The notes: generated by a model not told the origin, from the letters alone. 64,000 bases of DNA from an uncultured archaeon (GCA_964486045.1 CAZALK010000012.1:96001-160000), one strand, 5' to 3'; shown: positions 49,719 through 59,239, counted from the first letter of the stretch. A program made the numbers and translations.

Positions 49719-51539
49719 TTATTCTCCGAAATCTTTATCAATGGTAGTTTCTTCGATAACTGGTGGTACGTAATCCCCAATAGCACCAAATATAATTTTC
49801 GCTATTTCCCACCCTTTTTCTGTTGGATATTTTAATGCGTTTTTTATTAATTCTTCCCCAACTTCATTATTCACTTCAACTTTATGAATATTTGCATTAT
49901 TTTGCAAGATACTTTCAAATTTTGCTCCTTTACTGCCAATGGGTACAATCAATAAGGCTTCATCAATTGCCTTTTGTTCAATCGCATCTTTTAGACGTTT
50001 TGCTGCATAATATCCAGCGACTCCTGCACTTCTGTCAAAAGTTTTAATAGAAGGAATTTCCAAGCCCCATTTTTTACCTTCTGCTTCGATTAACGCTGCC
50101 AAAGTTTGAGCTCTTTTTCCAAGCATAAATTTAAACTCCATTTGAGTTTTAAATCGCTTTCCTTTTTCCTCACCAATCATATTAATACATTTTAATGTGG
50201 CACCAGCAATAGATTGGGGATTAACATCTATCGAATATTCTTCCTCGGCTAAAATATCTTCAATCGTCCTTTTAATAACTTCCCTGGGTTTTGAAAAATC
50301 GATCACTTCTTCTTTGGTCAACGATTGAGGTCTCGCTGTACCAACAATTTCCGCTCCAACTTCTAAAAGTTCGTCAACCGTCATTTCTTCCATAACAACT
50401 TTGTCTATAAATCTTCGACAAAGTTTAATGGAGTTCCTTGGATTACCATTTGTTTTTTCAAAAATCAACTCAATTAATTTTTCATTCAATGGAAATAACG
50501 GATATAAAGGAGGATTTAAATTATTATCATCCCAAAAGGTTTCCATTGATTTCGAAAAGAATATTTTAAGATCATTGAGACTAAATGGTTTCAATTCTTG
50601 TTCAGGTTCCATTCTCGAGCGTAGTGGTGCATCGGCTATCTCGATAATTCTCGGCCATATTTCTTTTAATACCGCAATGGTGATAACTAAGCCTTTTACT
50701 TCATTGTAGAGTCTCTTTAAAATCTCTAGAAATTTACGCTCAGCAACCTCGCCTAACATTCTATAGGGACTTTCTAATTCATCAAAATATAGAATAAGAA
50801 CTGTGTCTAAATTCTCAGTGATAATTTTTATCAAACTTAGGCAAATATCATCTTCCTCTAGAATAGAATTAACGCCTAAATTGGATAGCTCCTCATCATC
50901 TAAGTCTTCGCCAAGAAGCCATCGTTCCGCAATTCCCTTCTTGTTCTTATCGAGTTGATATGTAACCAATGCCTTTACACAGTCTGCGAAAACGCCTGGA
51001 AACTCCCTAACTCCCCTTTGAAGCACTTCCTCAATTTTAGGTTTTTGGAATAGCCCCTTTTTTTCTCCACCCCATTTTTTCACTAATCGTTCAGAAACAA
51101 TATCAAGTAATTCAGCACCCATTTCTTCAATTATACAAGTATAAACATGAAGCAATACACGTATACTTGCTGGAGGGCTAGGAATATAGATAATAGACCA
51201 ATTAAAATCTTCTAATTTTCCTACTTCAATCTCTTGAACATCTTTAGCTTGCTCTAATTTTTTCAAATTCTCTCGTTCTTTATCTTTAAAAGAATGATAT
51301 GCATGAGTTTTCCCTGTTCCTGCTGATCCCAGAATTGGAATTAAGCGCGATGATTTATCTCTAGCAGTTTGACGAACTAAACGATAAACCTCTCGGTCAA
51401 TAAAAGCTCGTGGTCTTGCCACGTCAATCTTATCAGGCAGATGCCCGCGTGACACGAAGTTTGAGAAGGGCAGTATCGGGGTTTCACGGAGCACATCGAG
51501 GTACATATTTCGGTCATCTTCATTAAGCTCACTATACAT
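49719..51539 (-). CDS. P-loop AAA-type ATPase of unknown function
   Basis: Walker A GSAGTGKT, Walker B LYFDELE, RSR finger, GNPR sensor. Confidence 0.75.
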   Translation of the reverse strand: MYSELNEDDRNMYLDVLRETPILPFSNFVSRGHLPDKIDVARPRAFIDREVYRLVRQTARDKSSRLIPILGSAGTGKTHAYHSFKDKERENLKKLEQAKDVQEIEVGKLEDFNWSIIYIPSPPASIRVLLHVYTCIIEEMGAELLDIVSERLVKKWGGEKKGLFQKPKIEEVLQRGVREFPGVFADCVKALVTYQLDKNKKGIAERWLLGEDLDDEELSNLGVNSILEEDDICLSLIKIITENLDTVLILYFDELESPYRMLGEVAERKFLEILKRLYNEVKGLVITIAVLKEIWPRIIEIADAPLRSRMEPEQELKPFSLNDLKIFFSKSMETFWDDNNLNPPLYPLFPLNEKLIELIFEKTNGNPRNSIKLCRRFIDKVVMEEMTVDELLEVGAEIVGTARPQSLTKEEVIDFSKPREVIKRTIEDILAEEEYSIDVNPQSIAGATLKCINMIGEEKGKRFKTQMEFKFMLGKRAQTLAALIEAEGKKWGLEIPSIKTFDRSAGVAGYYAAKRLKDAIEQKAIDEALLIVPIGSKGAKFESILQNNANIHKVEVNNEVGEELIKNALKYPTEKGWEIAKIIFGAIGDYVPPVIEETTIDKDFGE

Positions 51540-51738
51540 ACAAACTCACTACTCTCCAGATTTTATTTATTGAACTATAGGAATTTTTAATTGGATTAAA
51601 TTTATTAGTTTAGACAATTTTATCTAATATATAAGCTATTTAGTTTTTAGCAACTATAATACTTAATTAAAAATTTTGCCTATTAAATTTAATTAATATT
51701 TAGAAGTTCAATCAATTACATTAAAGAGATGATTTATT

Positions 51739-52404
51739 ATACCTAAAAGAGACAAATATGATGATGAGGATGAAGAAGATGAAGAGGAAAATCCTTTTGA
51801 CTTTTTTAAGCAATTCGGGGATCCTAGTAAATTTTTTTCAGATCCAAATAAATTTTTAATCGATCCAAATAAATTGTTTAAATCAAAGGATTTCAGGAAA
51901 TTATTTAAGGAAATTTTTGAGAAAATGATGAATAATTTACCTCCTGAAATGCAAAACCTTTCTCCTGAAGAGCTTATGAAGGAATTCACAAAGAATCGAT
52001 CAAAATTCGGATTTTTTCCGATTACTTATGGATTTAATATAAATATAGGAAAAGATGGTAAACCTACTATAGATTCATTTGGAAACGTCAAAACTAAACC
52101 ATATTCAGGAAAACCTGTGGTAAAGTCAAAGAGAGAACCATTAGTCGAGGTTAATGAAGAATCGGATCAGATAATTGTTATAGCTGAAATTCCGGGAGTA
52201 GATCGGGATGATATTGAGCTAAAAGCAACAAGTCATAGTTTGACAATTTCAACTAAGGAGAATGCTAGCATGCATTACTACAAAAATGTTGAGTTTTCCA
52301 CAGTGATAAATTCGGATGTCGCTAAAGCAAGATATGTGAACGGAATTCTTGAAGTACGCTTGAAAAAGATTGATGAAAAACATAGAAGCATTAGAATTGA
52401 TTAA
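51739..52404 (+). CDS. hsp20: Archaeal small heat shock protein Hsp20; probable non-canonical ATA start at 51739
   Basis: YGFNINIGKDGKP..FGN, REPLVEV, AEIPGV, YVNGILEV. Frame is open upstream of TTG 51874 to ATA 51739. Confidence 0.85.
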   Translation: MPKRDKYDDEDEEDEEENPFDFFKQFGDPSKFFSDPNKFLIDPNKLFKSKDFRKLFKEIFEKMMNNLPPEMQNLSPEELMKEFTKNRSKFGFFPITYGFNINIGKDGKPTIDSFGNVKTKPYSGKPVVKSKREPLVEVNEESDQIIVIAEIPGVDRDDIELKATSHSLTISTKENASMHYYKNVEFSTVINSDVAKARYVNGILEVRLKKIDEKHRSIRID

Positions 52405-52557
52405 TATTGTTACTAGTATATAATTAATCACTGCATAACTTTTTATTAAGCAATTTTAGGTCCCATTACTTTTGTTTTTTGAATTTGTTAATTTTACTAA
52501 AGGTTTATTACCTTCTTCATCAAATAAGATTTTTAATATCATTATTTGGTTTTTAAA

Positions 52558-53577
52558 ATGTCTGAAAAAAAAAAAGAACTTCTCTCCCAAAAAGGATTAA
52601 TGATTATTGGAATCGTTTCGCTAGCAATTTTGGTTATAGGGATAATATTATACTATCTCGACTTAAATGGTGCGTTTTATGTTTCGATGTATCCAGTTCA
52701 ATCAATTTTTAGGATTATAACTTATCTTGGTGAACCAGTCATTTTCATTATTATCATTGCTATTATTTTTTTAATTTATAATAAGAATTATGCGAAAAAC
52801 TTAGCATTTAGCTTATTATATTCCTATTTTTTGAATGGATTATTTAAAGAATTTTTTAAGGATCCTCGACCAAGTACAAATGTAGATCCTGTAGAAGATT
52901 ATGGATATATAGAACCAGATTATGGATTTCCATCTGGACATGCTCAAACCGCAGTGTCATTTTGGGGATATGTAGGTTATGAATTTAAAGACAAGTATAA
53001 GTACAAAAACATTCAAATTGTGCCAGTTATAATGTCTATCCTGATTTTTTTAATAGCGATTTCAAGAATTATTATTGGTGTTCATGATTTACAAGATATT
53101 ATTGGAGGTTTAATGCTAGGTATCGGATTTCTGCTATTATTCATCTATATAGAACCGTATTTAACTGAGTTATTCAATAAACTGTCTTTCCTTGCAAAAA
53201 TAATATTAACAGCCTTGATAGGAGTCTTATTGTTTCTCATAGGAACTCTTATATTTCCCTCAGCAGGTTTAGGATTAGTGACTCCATCACTCCTTTATAA
53301 AGATGATGGGGTATTTGCCCAAGTCGGAGGATCTGTGCTAGGTTTTGGTGTTGGATATTTGTTAGAACAAAAATATGTTAAATATGATCCAACACACCTT
53401 ACTAACAAAAAGAAGTTGAAAAATCTAGCCATAGGATTAATAATTCTAATTGTTATTTTTGTACCTTTTGAATATTTAATAAAAATAGATAGTGTAGTTT
53501 ATAGATTCTTCAGATATGCTCTCCCGACATTCATTTTGGCTTATGTAGTTCCTTTAATTTGCACAAAAATAGATTAA
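52558..53577 (+). CDS. PAP2-family membrane phosphatase
   Basis: K...DPRP, GFPSGHAQ, SRIIIGVHDLQD. Confidence 0.9.
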   Translation: MSEKKKELLSQKGLMIIGIVSLAILVIGIILYYLDLNGAFYVSMYPVQSIFRIITYLGEPVIFIIIIAIIFLIYNKNYAKNLAFSLLYSYFLNGLFKEFFKDPRPSTNVDPVEDYGYIEPDYGFPSGHAQTAVSFWGYVGYEFKDKYKYKNIQIVPVIMSILIFLIAISRIIIGVHDLQDIIGGLMLGIGFLLLFIYIEPYLTELFNKLSFLAKIILTALIGVLLFLIGTLIFPSAGLGLVTPSLLYKDDGVFAQVGGSVLGFGVGYLLEQKYVKYDPTHLTNKKKLKNLAIGLIILIVIFVPFEYLIKIDSVVYRFFRYALPTFILAYVVPLICTKID

Positions 53578-53603
53578 AAAATCTAGTTATTTTCTTTTTT
53601 TTT

Positions 53604-54554
53604 TTAATTTTTTTGTCTTACAATAATGATTATTGAGATGACTATTATAAATGTACCAATTAAATGGAATATTGAAAATAATTCTCCAAGAAGAATAAAG
53701 GAGAAAAAAGCTGTGACAATTGGGGTTAACGAAAGAATAACACTCGCTTTCCCTATTTCGAGATATGTGAGGCTTTTATACCAAAGAAATAGGCTAAAAC
53801 CGTAGTCTACTCCCATCAATAGAAAATAAATGAAATATTGAGGATCTATTACAATTAATATATTTTTCAGTGGAAAGAATAGAAAGTAAGTAAAGAAGAG
53901 AATTAATCCGCTAATTAAATTCCTCATAAAAACAACTTGGGTTGGAAACAAATCGTTTCGATCAAAGTTTGATTTTGTAAGTGTATGAACAAGGGTAAAT
54001 ATGACAACACTAATGAGTAAAATAGCAACCCCTATATTTATAGTAAGGGTGTCAAAAGAAGCTTGAGTTACTGATATAATCAACCCAACAAATAGCAGAA
54101 AACAAAAAAGAATCTGAATTCCGGATATTTTTTCTTTAAGAAGTAAGAATCCAAAAATTAGCGCAAATATTATTTCACTCTTAAAAATTAAAGAACTATT
54201 AATTGCTCCCGCGATTTCAAATCCAATATAGTTAAGAACAGGAACAATACTAAAAGTTAATCCAATAAAGAGAAGAAATTTGATATTTTTACTTTCTTTC
54301 CATCCATTTAATAATGATCGAATCTTTATTTGTTGACTCTGCCCTTTCTCCATTGTTAAACTATTCTTTAGTCTTCTTCTTTCTAAAATATAAAGTGGTA
54401 AGAAAATTAATGCTTCTATTAAGGCCGTAATCGCAGCAAATAAGTAAGGGTCAATAATTTTAGGTCTGGAATTTGCAATAACTGGTTGGAGACCTATTGT
54501 GAAGATTGCGATTATACCAAAAAGAAGCCCTTTTTTTAGGTTCTCATTTTCCAC
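53604..54554 (-). CDS. DMT/EamA family transporter
   Basis: About 10 TM in two repeats, LLKEKI and LLGE motifs. Confidence 0.85.
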   Translation of the reverse strand: MENENLKKGLLFGIIAIFTIGLQPVIANSRPKIIDPYLFAAITALIEALIFLPLYILERRRLKNSLTMEKGQSQQIKIRSLLNGWKESKNIKFLLFIGLTFSIVPVLNYIGFEIAGAINSSLIFKSEIIFALIFGFLLLKEKISGIQILFCFLLFVGLIISVTQASFDTLTINIGVAILLISVVIFTLVHTLTKSNFDRNDLFPTQVVFMRNLISGLILFFTYFLFFPLKNILIVIDPQYFIYFLLMGVDYGFSLFLWYKSLTYLEIGKASVILSLTPIVTAFFSFILLGELFSIFHLIGTFIIVISIIIIVRQKN

Positions 54555-54967
54555 AATACATAAGAAAAAGCGGAGTAAAATAATAACTATTTAGTTTTAA
54601 CTATTTTTCAGAAAAATTAGAGTAGATATAGGATATTTTTCTTAAATGGTAAACTAACAAATAACTCAGTTCATTATCTCAATGCTTTCCCTTCCAACTT
54701 CCCTTAAAAGAATTCGATTGATTATGATTTTCTCGCTTTTCATAACTTCATCATAATGTGTAACAATCTGATTAATGTATATCTCCTCTTTGAAGGGATG
54801 AGGCATAACTTCTTCAAGTCGAATTATAGAAACACCTAATAAGTTAAAATTAAGTAGGAAAATTAGAAACAATTTATAAAATTTCCTATTTTTCATTCGA
54901 CAAAAAAGAACGAAAATTGCATTAAAATTAAAAAGATGTTTATATTTGATCAAATTTTCACTTTTCT

Positions 54968-55477
54968 ATGTCAGATAGTGAAACATCAAATTCTGATGAA
55001 AGGTTACCCTTAGATACTAATGCACCGATGATAGATACCGTTGATGCATTCGGAAATCCAATAAATCTTACCGAGATTCTCAAAGAAAATAATGGTTTAA
55101 TAATTGACTTTCACAGAGCGGCATGGTGATATTACTGAAAAATTCAGCTAGGAAAATTAAACAAAAATATAGACGAAATTAAGAAAAGAAACGTTAAACT
55201 CATTACAATTATGACCGATAGAACTATGCCAGTAAAAAAACTCGCAGAAAGCAAAAAGTATGATTTTACTATTATAGCGGATGAAAAGGCAGAAATATCA
55301 AGACGGTATAAAGCATTCGGAAAACCTATAGACTTTGACAAGATAAAAATGTTGATAGCTATACCTACAACATATTTAATTGATACCAACGGGAAAATTG
55401 TCTGGCGATATCTCGGTAATAAAACAGAAAGACCTTCAATTGAAGCTATCCTAGAAGCCATCGATACTAAATTATAA
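54968..55477 (+). CDS. Peroxiredoxin-like (AhpC/TSA) selenoprotein, 169 aa, UxxU (TGA at 55127-55129 and 55136-55138)
   Basis: Read-through gives ...APMIDTVDAFGNPINL...IIDFHRAAW-U-Y-Y-U-KIQL...IIADE...IPTTYLIDTNGKIVWRY..RP. Both TGAs sit at the redox CxxC positions and a SECIS-like hairpin follows. Confidence 0.85.
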
Positions 55478-55494
55478 TCTATATCTATAAAAAT

Positions 55495-55560
55495 TGTTCT
55501 TGAATGATTCGAGTATAAAAAAATGAGATACTCGAGGACGACCTCGCAAAGGTTCATGAA
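55495..55560 (+). promoter_or_regulatory. Eukaryote-type SECIS element in the 3' UTR
   Basis: AUGA-U (55504-55508), perfect 8-bp stem UCGAGUAU/AUACUCGA, A-rich apical loop, G-GA-C (55536-55539). Confidence 0.75.
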
Positions 55561-55689
55561 AACCTCATTTTTAATGAAGACTTGTTTTTAACCATTATAC
55601 GAAGTTCTAAATCATAATAAAAGTAAAACTATCTAATTTTCAAGGAGAATTTGTTACTAATCTTTTAAATTTCGTTGAGAAATTCTAAT

Positions 55690-56190
55690 TTAGACGTCCG
55701 AGGTTCCTATTATTCCCCCTACTAAACCTAAAACTCCGCCAGCTAACAATGTAATTGTTCCCAATGAGGTAGGTCCTATGGCTAAGTTAAAGGGCAGCAC
55801 CCCATCCACTATAGGGAGTTCCCAGAATAATTGGGTATATTCTAACATGTCCAATATCCCCAGATTAATTAATAAAATCAGTACACCTATAGCTAATGGT
55901 AAAATTGAGCCTATAATCGCAACAACACGGCTTGCCAAACCCACTAATTGTAGAATTCCAGAAAGTATAAAAACAAGATAGACGATAGCAAGAATATACA
56001 CAACAATTACGTCAACCGCCATAGTTATAGCATATCCATCAGCAGAGCTTAAGATCGTAGGAATATTGAATACAAATCCTAACCCAGATGCAAATGCACC
56101 AGTGGGAATAACTTCAAAAAAGGCAAAGAAAAAGGTTGAAACAAGAGTTAAAAGAGCGCCTATAAGAATTAAAATTTTTCCAGCTCCCAA
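55690..56190 (-). CDS. Hypothetical membrane protein
   Basis: 4 hydrophobic segments with a Gly-rich C-terminal helix. Confidence 0.7.
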   Translation of the reverse strand: MGAGKILILIGALLTLVSTFFFAFFEVIPTGAFASGLGFVFNIPTILSSADGYAITMAVDVIVVYILAIVYLVFILSGILQLVGLASRVVAIIGSILPLAIGVLILLINLGILDMLEYTQLFWELPIVDGVLPFNLAIGPTSLGTITLLAGGVLGLVGGIIGTSDV

Positions 56191-56266
56191 TAAATTTCAC
56201 TTTTAGTTATTTTTTTTTTTTTCGTTCTTAGTTTTAAATAGATCAGATGATATATATAACATTGAT

Positions 56267-56725
56267 CTATTTTAATAATTCCAAATATGGTTTGATTTTA
56301 TCTTTTCCTTCTTGATTCTGAATGCTTTCTAGGATTTTTTTTGATAGTTCTTTTTTTTTCCTAAAATAAATCTCCATAATCTCCTCTATTGGCTTTTCTG
56401 GGTATCGTTCAACCAAAGCAACGTCGCGTCGACTACATCCCCCTGCTCTCATGCAACAGTAAGAAATCGAGCCAAAACATACCACATCTGAATCCCATTC
56501 ATTCTCTCTTGAGAAATCTTCCTTAATCTTGATAAACTCTTTACCACTTATTCCCACTTCGCTTAATGTTTCGTCTCTCCTACATTTATAGCCATAAGTT
56601 AAGGATTCTCCTGGTTTACAACAAAATGTTAAAGCTCTACAATCTCCACCGAAACATACAGGGACTGGTGCATTTTTTTCCCATCCGGGTAAGTCGCGGA
56701 GTTTATCTTGTTCTATGTTAGGCAT
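56267..56725 (-). CDS. Stand-alone methanogenesis marker 9 domain protein (Cys-rich)
   Basis: WEKNAPVPVCFGGDCRALTFCCKP...CFGSISYCC...C.RRD. Confidence 0.75.
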   Translation of the reverse strand: MPNIEQDKLRDLPGWEKNAPVPVCFGGDCRALTFCCKPGESLTYGYKCRRDETLSEVGISGKEFIKIKEDFSRENEWDSDVVCFGSISYCCMRAGGCSRRDVALVERYPEKPIEEIMEIYFRKKKELSKKILESIQNQEGKDKIKPYLELLK

Positions 56726-56823
56726 TATTCAAAAATTTCAAAATAAATATTAATAGAATACCATCACTAAAAATGTATTTAACAATTTTAATTTTTCACT
56801 TTATTACCATAAATATGGTTTAA

Positions 56824-56928
56824 TGGGGCTCAGAGGGGGTTTACCGCGTTGCAGGAATCCAGCATTCAAAATCGATCCCCCGTCTAGGGATTCACAGTCC
56901 CCAATTCTCCCATTGAACTACCCGAGCC
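56824..56928 (-). tRNA. tRNA-His(GTG) with encoded G-1 and CCA, and a 30-nt intron in the T-loop (59/60; intron 56841-56870)
   Basis: G-GCTCGGG.../TCTGAGC-C-CCA, anticodon loop CTGTGAA, T stem GGGGG/CCCCC. BHB central helix AUCG/CGGU with bulges AU|U and AA|A. Confidence 0.92.
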
Positions 56929-56998
56929 ATTATTTAAGAAATTTGAGTTGACTATTAGGAAATATAATATTTACTTCTAAAAATATTTTGTTGTTTAG

Positions 56999-57574
56999 CT
57001 ATTTTTCATTCTGTTTCACCGTTTTTTTGATGCATTCAAGTAACTGATGCACCGCATCAATTAATTCTACAGAATTATCTATGGTAAAATCTGCTGTCGA
57101 GAGCTTCTGGTTTTGCTTTGCTCGTTCAATCCTATTTTTTAACAATTCTTCAGTTTCTCTTTTTCGATTCTTGATTCTTTGTAGTGTAATCTCAAAAGGA
57201 ACTTCTATGAAAACTACTTTAACTTTTTTATATTTTTTTCTTGCTTCTTCAATAACCGTGCGGCTAACATTTATTATTACAGGATATCCTTTTTCAAGCC
57301 ATTCTTCATAATCTTTTGGAATTCCGTAATCTAATTCATATACGTGCCAACTTAATGCAAAAACTCCTTTTTCTTCTAATTCTTTGAATTTAATTTTAGT
57401 GACAGAGGTATTACTTTCAAATTCAGACGAAGGCCTAGTAATGTATCTTTTAGGAGCATAGATTTGTTTCAAATACGGAGGATATTCTTTAATAACCTCT
57501 GAGATTATCAAATCCTTACCAGAACCGGAATTGCCGACAATTAAAAATAAAGTTCCAAGAAAATTTGTTGCCAT
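56999..57574 (-). CDS. PhnN-like ribose 1,5-bisphosphokinase / guanylate kinase family
   Basis: GNSGSGKD, RYITRP, FALSWHVYELDYGIP, NVSR, RKRE. Confidence 0.8.
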   Translation of the reverse strand: MATNFLGTLFLIVGNSGSGKDLIISEVIKEYPPYLKQIYAPKRYITRPSSEFESNTSVTKIKFKELEEKGVFALSWHVYELDYGIPKDYEEWLEKGYPVIINVSRTVIEEARKKYKKVKVVFIEVPFEITLQRIKNRKRETEELLKNRIERAKQNQKLSTADFTIDNSVELIDAVHQLLECIKKTVKQNEK

Positions 57575-57783
57575 CTGCTTTCTTTAATTATGAAATAAGC
57601 TCTTATAATGTTATTATGTCCAGTTTGAATTTAAAGTCTGCAAAAAAAGGATCTATTTTAAAATTAAAATTACTAAGAAGAAAAAGTAGAACCATATATA
57701 AAAACAGAAAGAATTAAAGTATGAATGACGTTATCATTCTTAACAGAGACCTTTTTTTTAACATCACATATTTTAATTTAAGT

Positions 57784-58203
57784 ATGGCGAAAAAAAGTAA
57801 TTATGGAACGTCTAAAATTTCAGAGATACCTGAGAGTCATCAAAGATATTTAGATGAGATTTTTAGTATTTCGAGAAAAAAAAAAGGAGGATGGGTCACA
57901 AATAAAGAAATTGCCAAGTCACTCAAGGTTGAACCCGCTTCCGTATCAGGTATGTTGGAAAAACTGAAGAAAAAAGGATTAATTAATTGGGAACCTAGAA
58001 AATCTATAAGACTTACGGAAAAAGGGAAAAAAATTGCCAGACAATTAGACGAAACTCATGCTTTACTTTACCAATTTTTTGCTAACGTGTTAAAAATCGA
58101 AGATGAAGAGATAATCGAGAATTTGTCGTGTGAAATAGAGCATCATATTACTAGAGAGGTAAAAGAATCCTTAGAAGATTTCCTCTCAAAATATTTAAAA
58201 TAG
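57784..58203 (+). CDS. DtxR/MntR-family metal-dependent transcriptional regulator
   Basis: YLDEI, EIAKSLKVEPASVSGML HTH, LTEKG, CEIEH. Confidence 0.88.
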   Translation: MAKKSNYGTSKISEIPESHQRYLDEIFSISRKKKGGWVTNKEIAKSLKVEPASVSGMLEKLKKKGLINWEPRKSIRLTEKGKKIARQLDETHALLYQFFANVLKIEDEEIIENLSCEIEHHITREVKESLEDFLSKYLK

Positions 58204-58251
58204 GATTCATTGATGCAATTAACTTATTTTAGTGTTTAATAATGAATTAAA

Positions 58252-59010
58252 ATGTCAGAAGAACTAAGCAAAAAAGTTGATATAATTAAGAAAAAATTTG
58301 AGAATTTTACAAATTTTATCGAGTTGCCTGATTTTAGGTCATTTCTATTATTTACTTTGACTAGTCAAGTGCCTATGAATGTTTTGGCTCAAATGGGACT
58401 AGGAGGTAATAAAGATGTTATTAGTCTTCCTTATAATCCGATATTAAAGATTTATTATCAAAAAATTAATCTATTATCGGTAGGATCCTTAATAGTTTAT
58501 GTCAAAAGTGATCCAATATCTGAGAAATTTGTGCTCGAAAAAGATGATTCTACCATTAAGAGCTTTTTAAATCCTGATGAGATGAGTTTAGCTTTTCGAG
58601 GAAAAGAAAAATTTATGTTACCTTTGATCAGTGATTGTAGTAGTTTCTATGTTGATAATAATTCAAAAATAAATATCAAGGTTGATGACTTTTTCCATTC
58701 TTTAGAAAGCTTTCTGGGGGTCGCTGAACCAAATTTGCTCTTCGTTATAGATGGTGAAAATGATTCTGAACCGGATATCTTATTTACTTTTAACATGATG
58801 CCTGAGATGCCAGGTAGAAAAGATAAGAAGATTTTAAAGATTGACGTACATATTGATGAAAAGCATAATACAAGGGATGTTACCTACATAAGACGCGAAG
58901 AAGACTATAAAATTGAGTACCTTAAAGAAGTCAAGGCTGTAAGTCATGCTGAAATATATAAATCTGCTTTTTCATTGATAATGCATATCAAATCTTTAAA
59001 TGAACCATAA
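58252..59010 (+). CDS. Hypothetical protein
   Basis: 252-aa ORF with no recognised motif. Confidence 0.65.
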   Translation: MSEELSKKVDIIKKKFENFTNFIELPDFRSFLLFTLTSQVPMNVLAQMGLGGNKDVISLPYNPILKIYYQKINLLSVGSLIVYVKSDPISEKFVLEKDDSTIKSFLNPDEMSLAFRGKEKFMLPLISDCSSFYVDNNSKINIKVDDFFHSLESFLGVAEPNLLFVIDGENDSEPDILFTFNMMPEMPGRKDKKILKIDVHIDEKHNTRDVTYIRREEDYKIEYLKEVKAVSHAEIYKSAFSLIMHIKSLNEP

Positions 59011-59184
59011 AATTTTCTTACCTTATTTTAACCTATTCAAAGAGTAGTTTAGTAAAAATATTTCCTTATTAATAATTGACAATTATGAAAGAATAGGAAT
59101 TCTCATATTCGTTAGAAATTAAACGGTTAACATCATTAAAGGATTAATATATTCAATTTATAAACCATCCGACAAAAAATATAA

Positions 59185-59218
59185 AGTATAACAATAATTT
59201 ATAACGTTTTGTTATACT
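59185..59218. promoter_or_regulatory. Inverted repeat, putative operator of the RHH gene
   Basis: AGTATAACAA (59185-59194) and TTGTTATACT (59209-59218), with a third TATAAC in the spacer. Confidence 0.55.
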
Positions 59219-59239
59219 CCAAGGTCAAAAGGGTTATTA

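Noticed and set aside
54666-54953. 95-aa minus-strand ORF, and antisense ORF 55144..55557
   Set aside because: No recognisable motif. The first starts only 15 bp from the selenoprotein ATG and the second is its antisense shadow.
55556-55615. Second SECIS candidates (ATGA at about 55556 and 55574)
   Set aside because: No correctly placed 3' GA to complete the kink-turn core.
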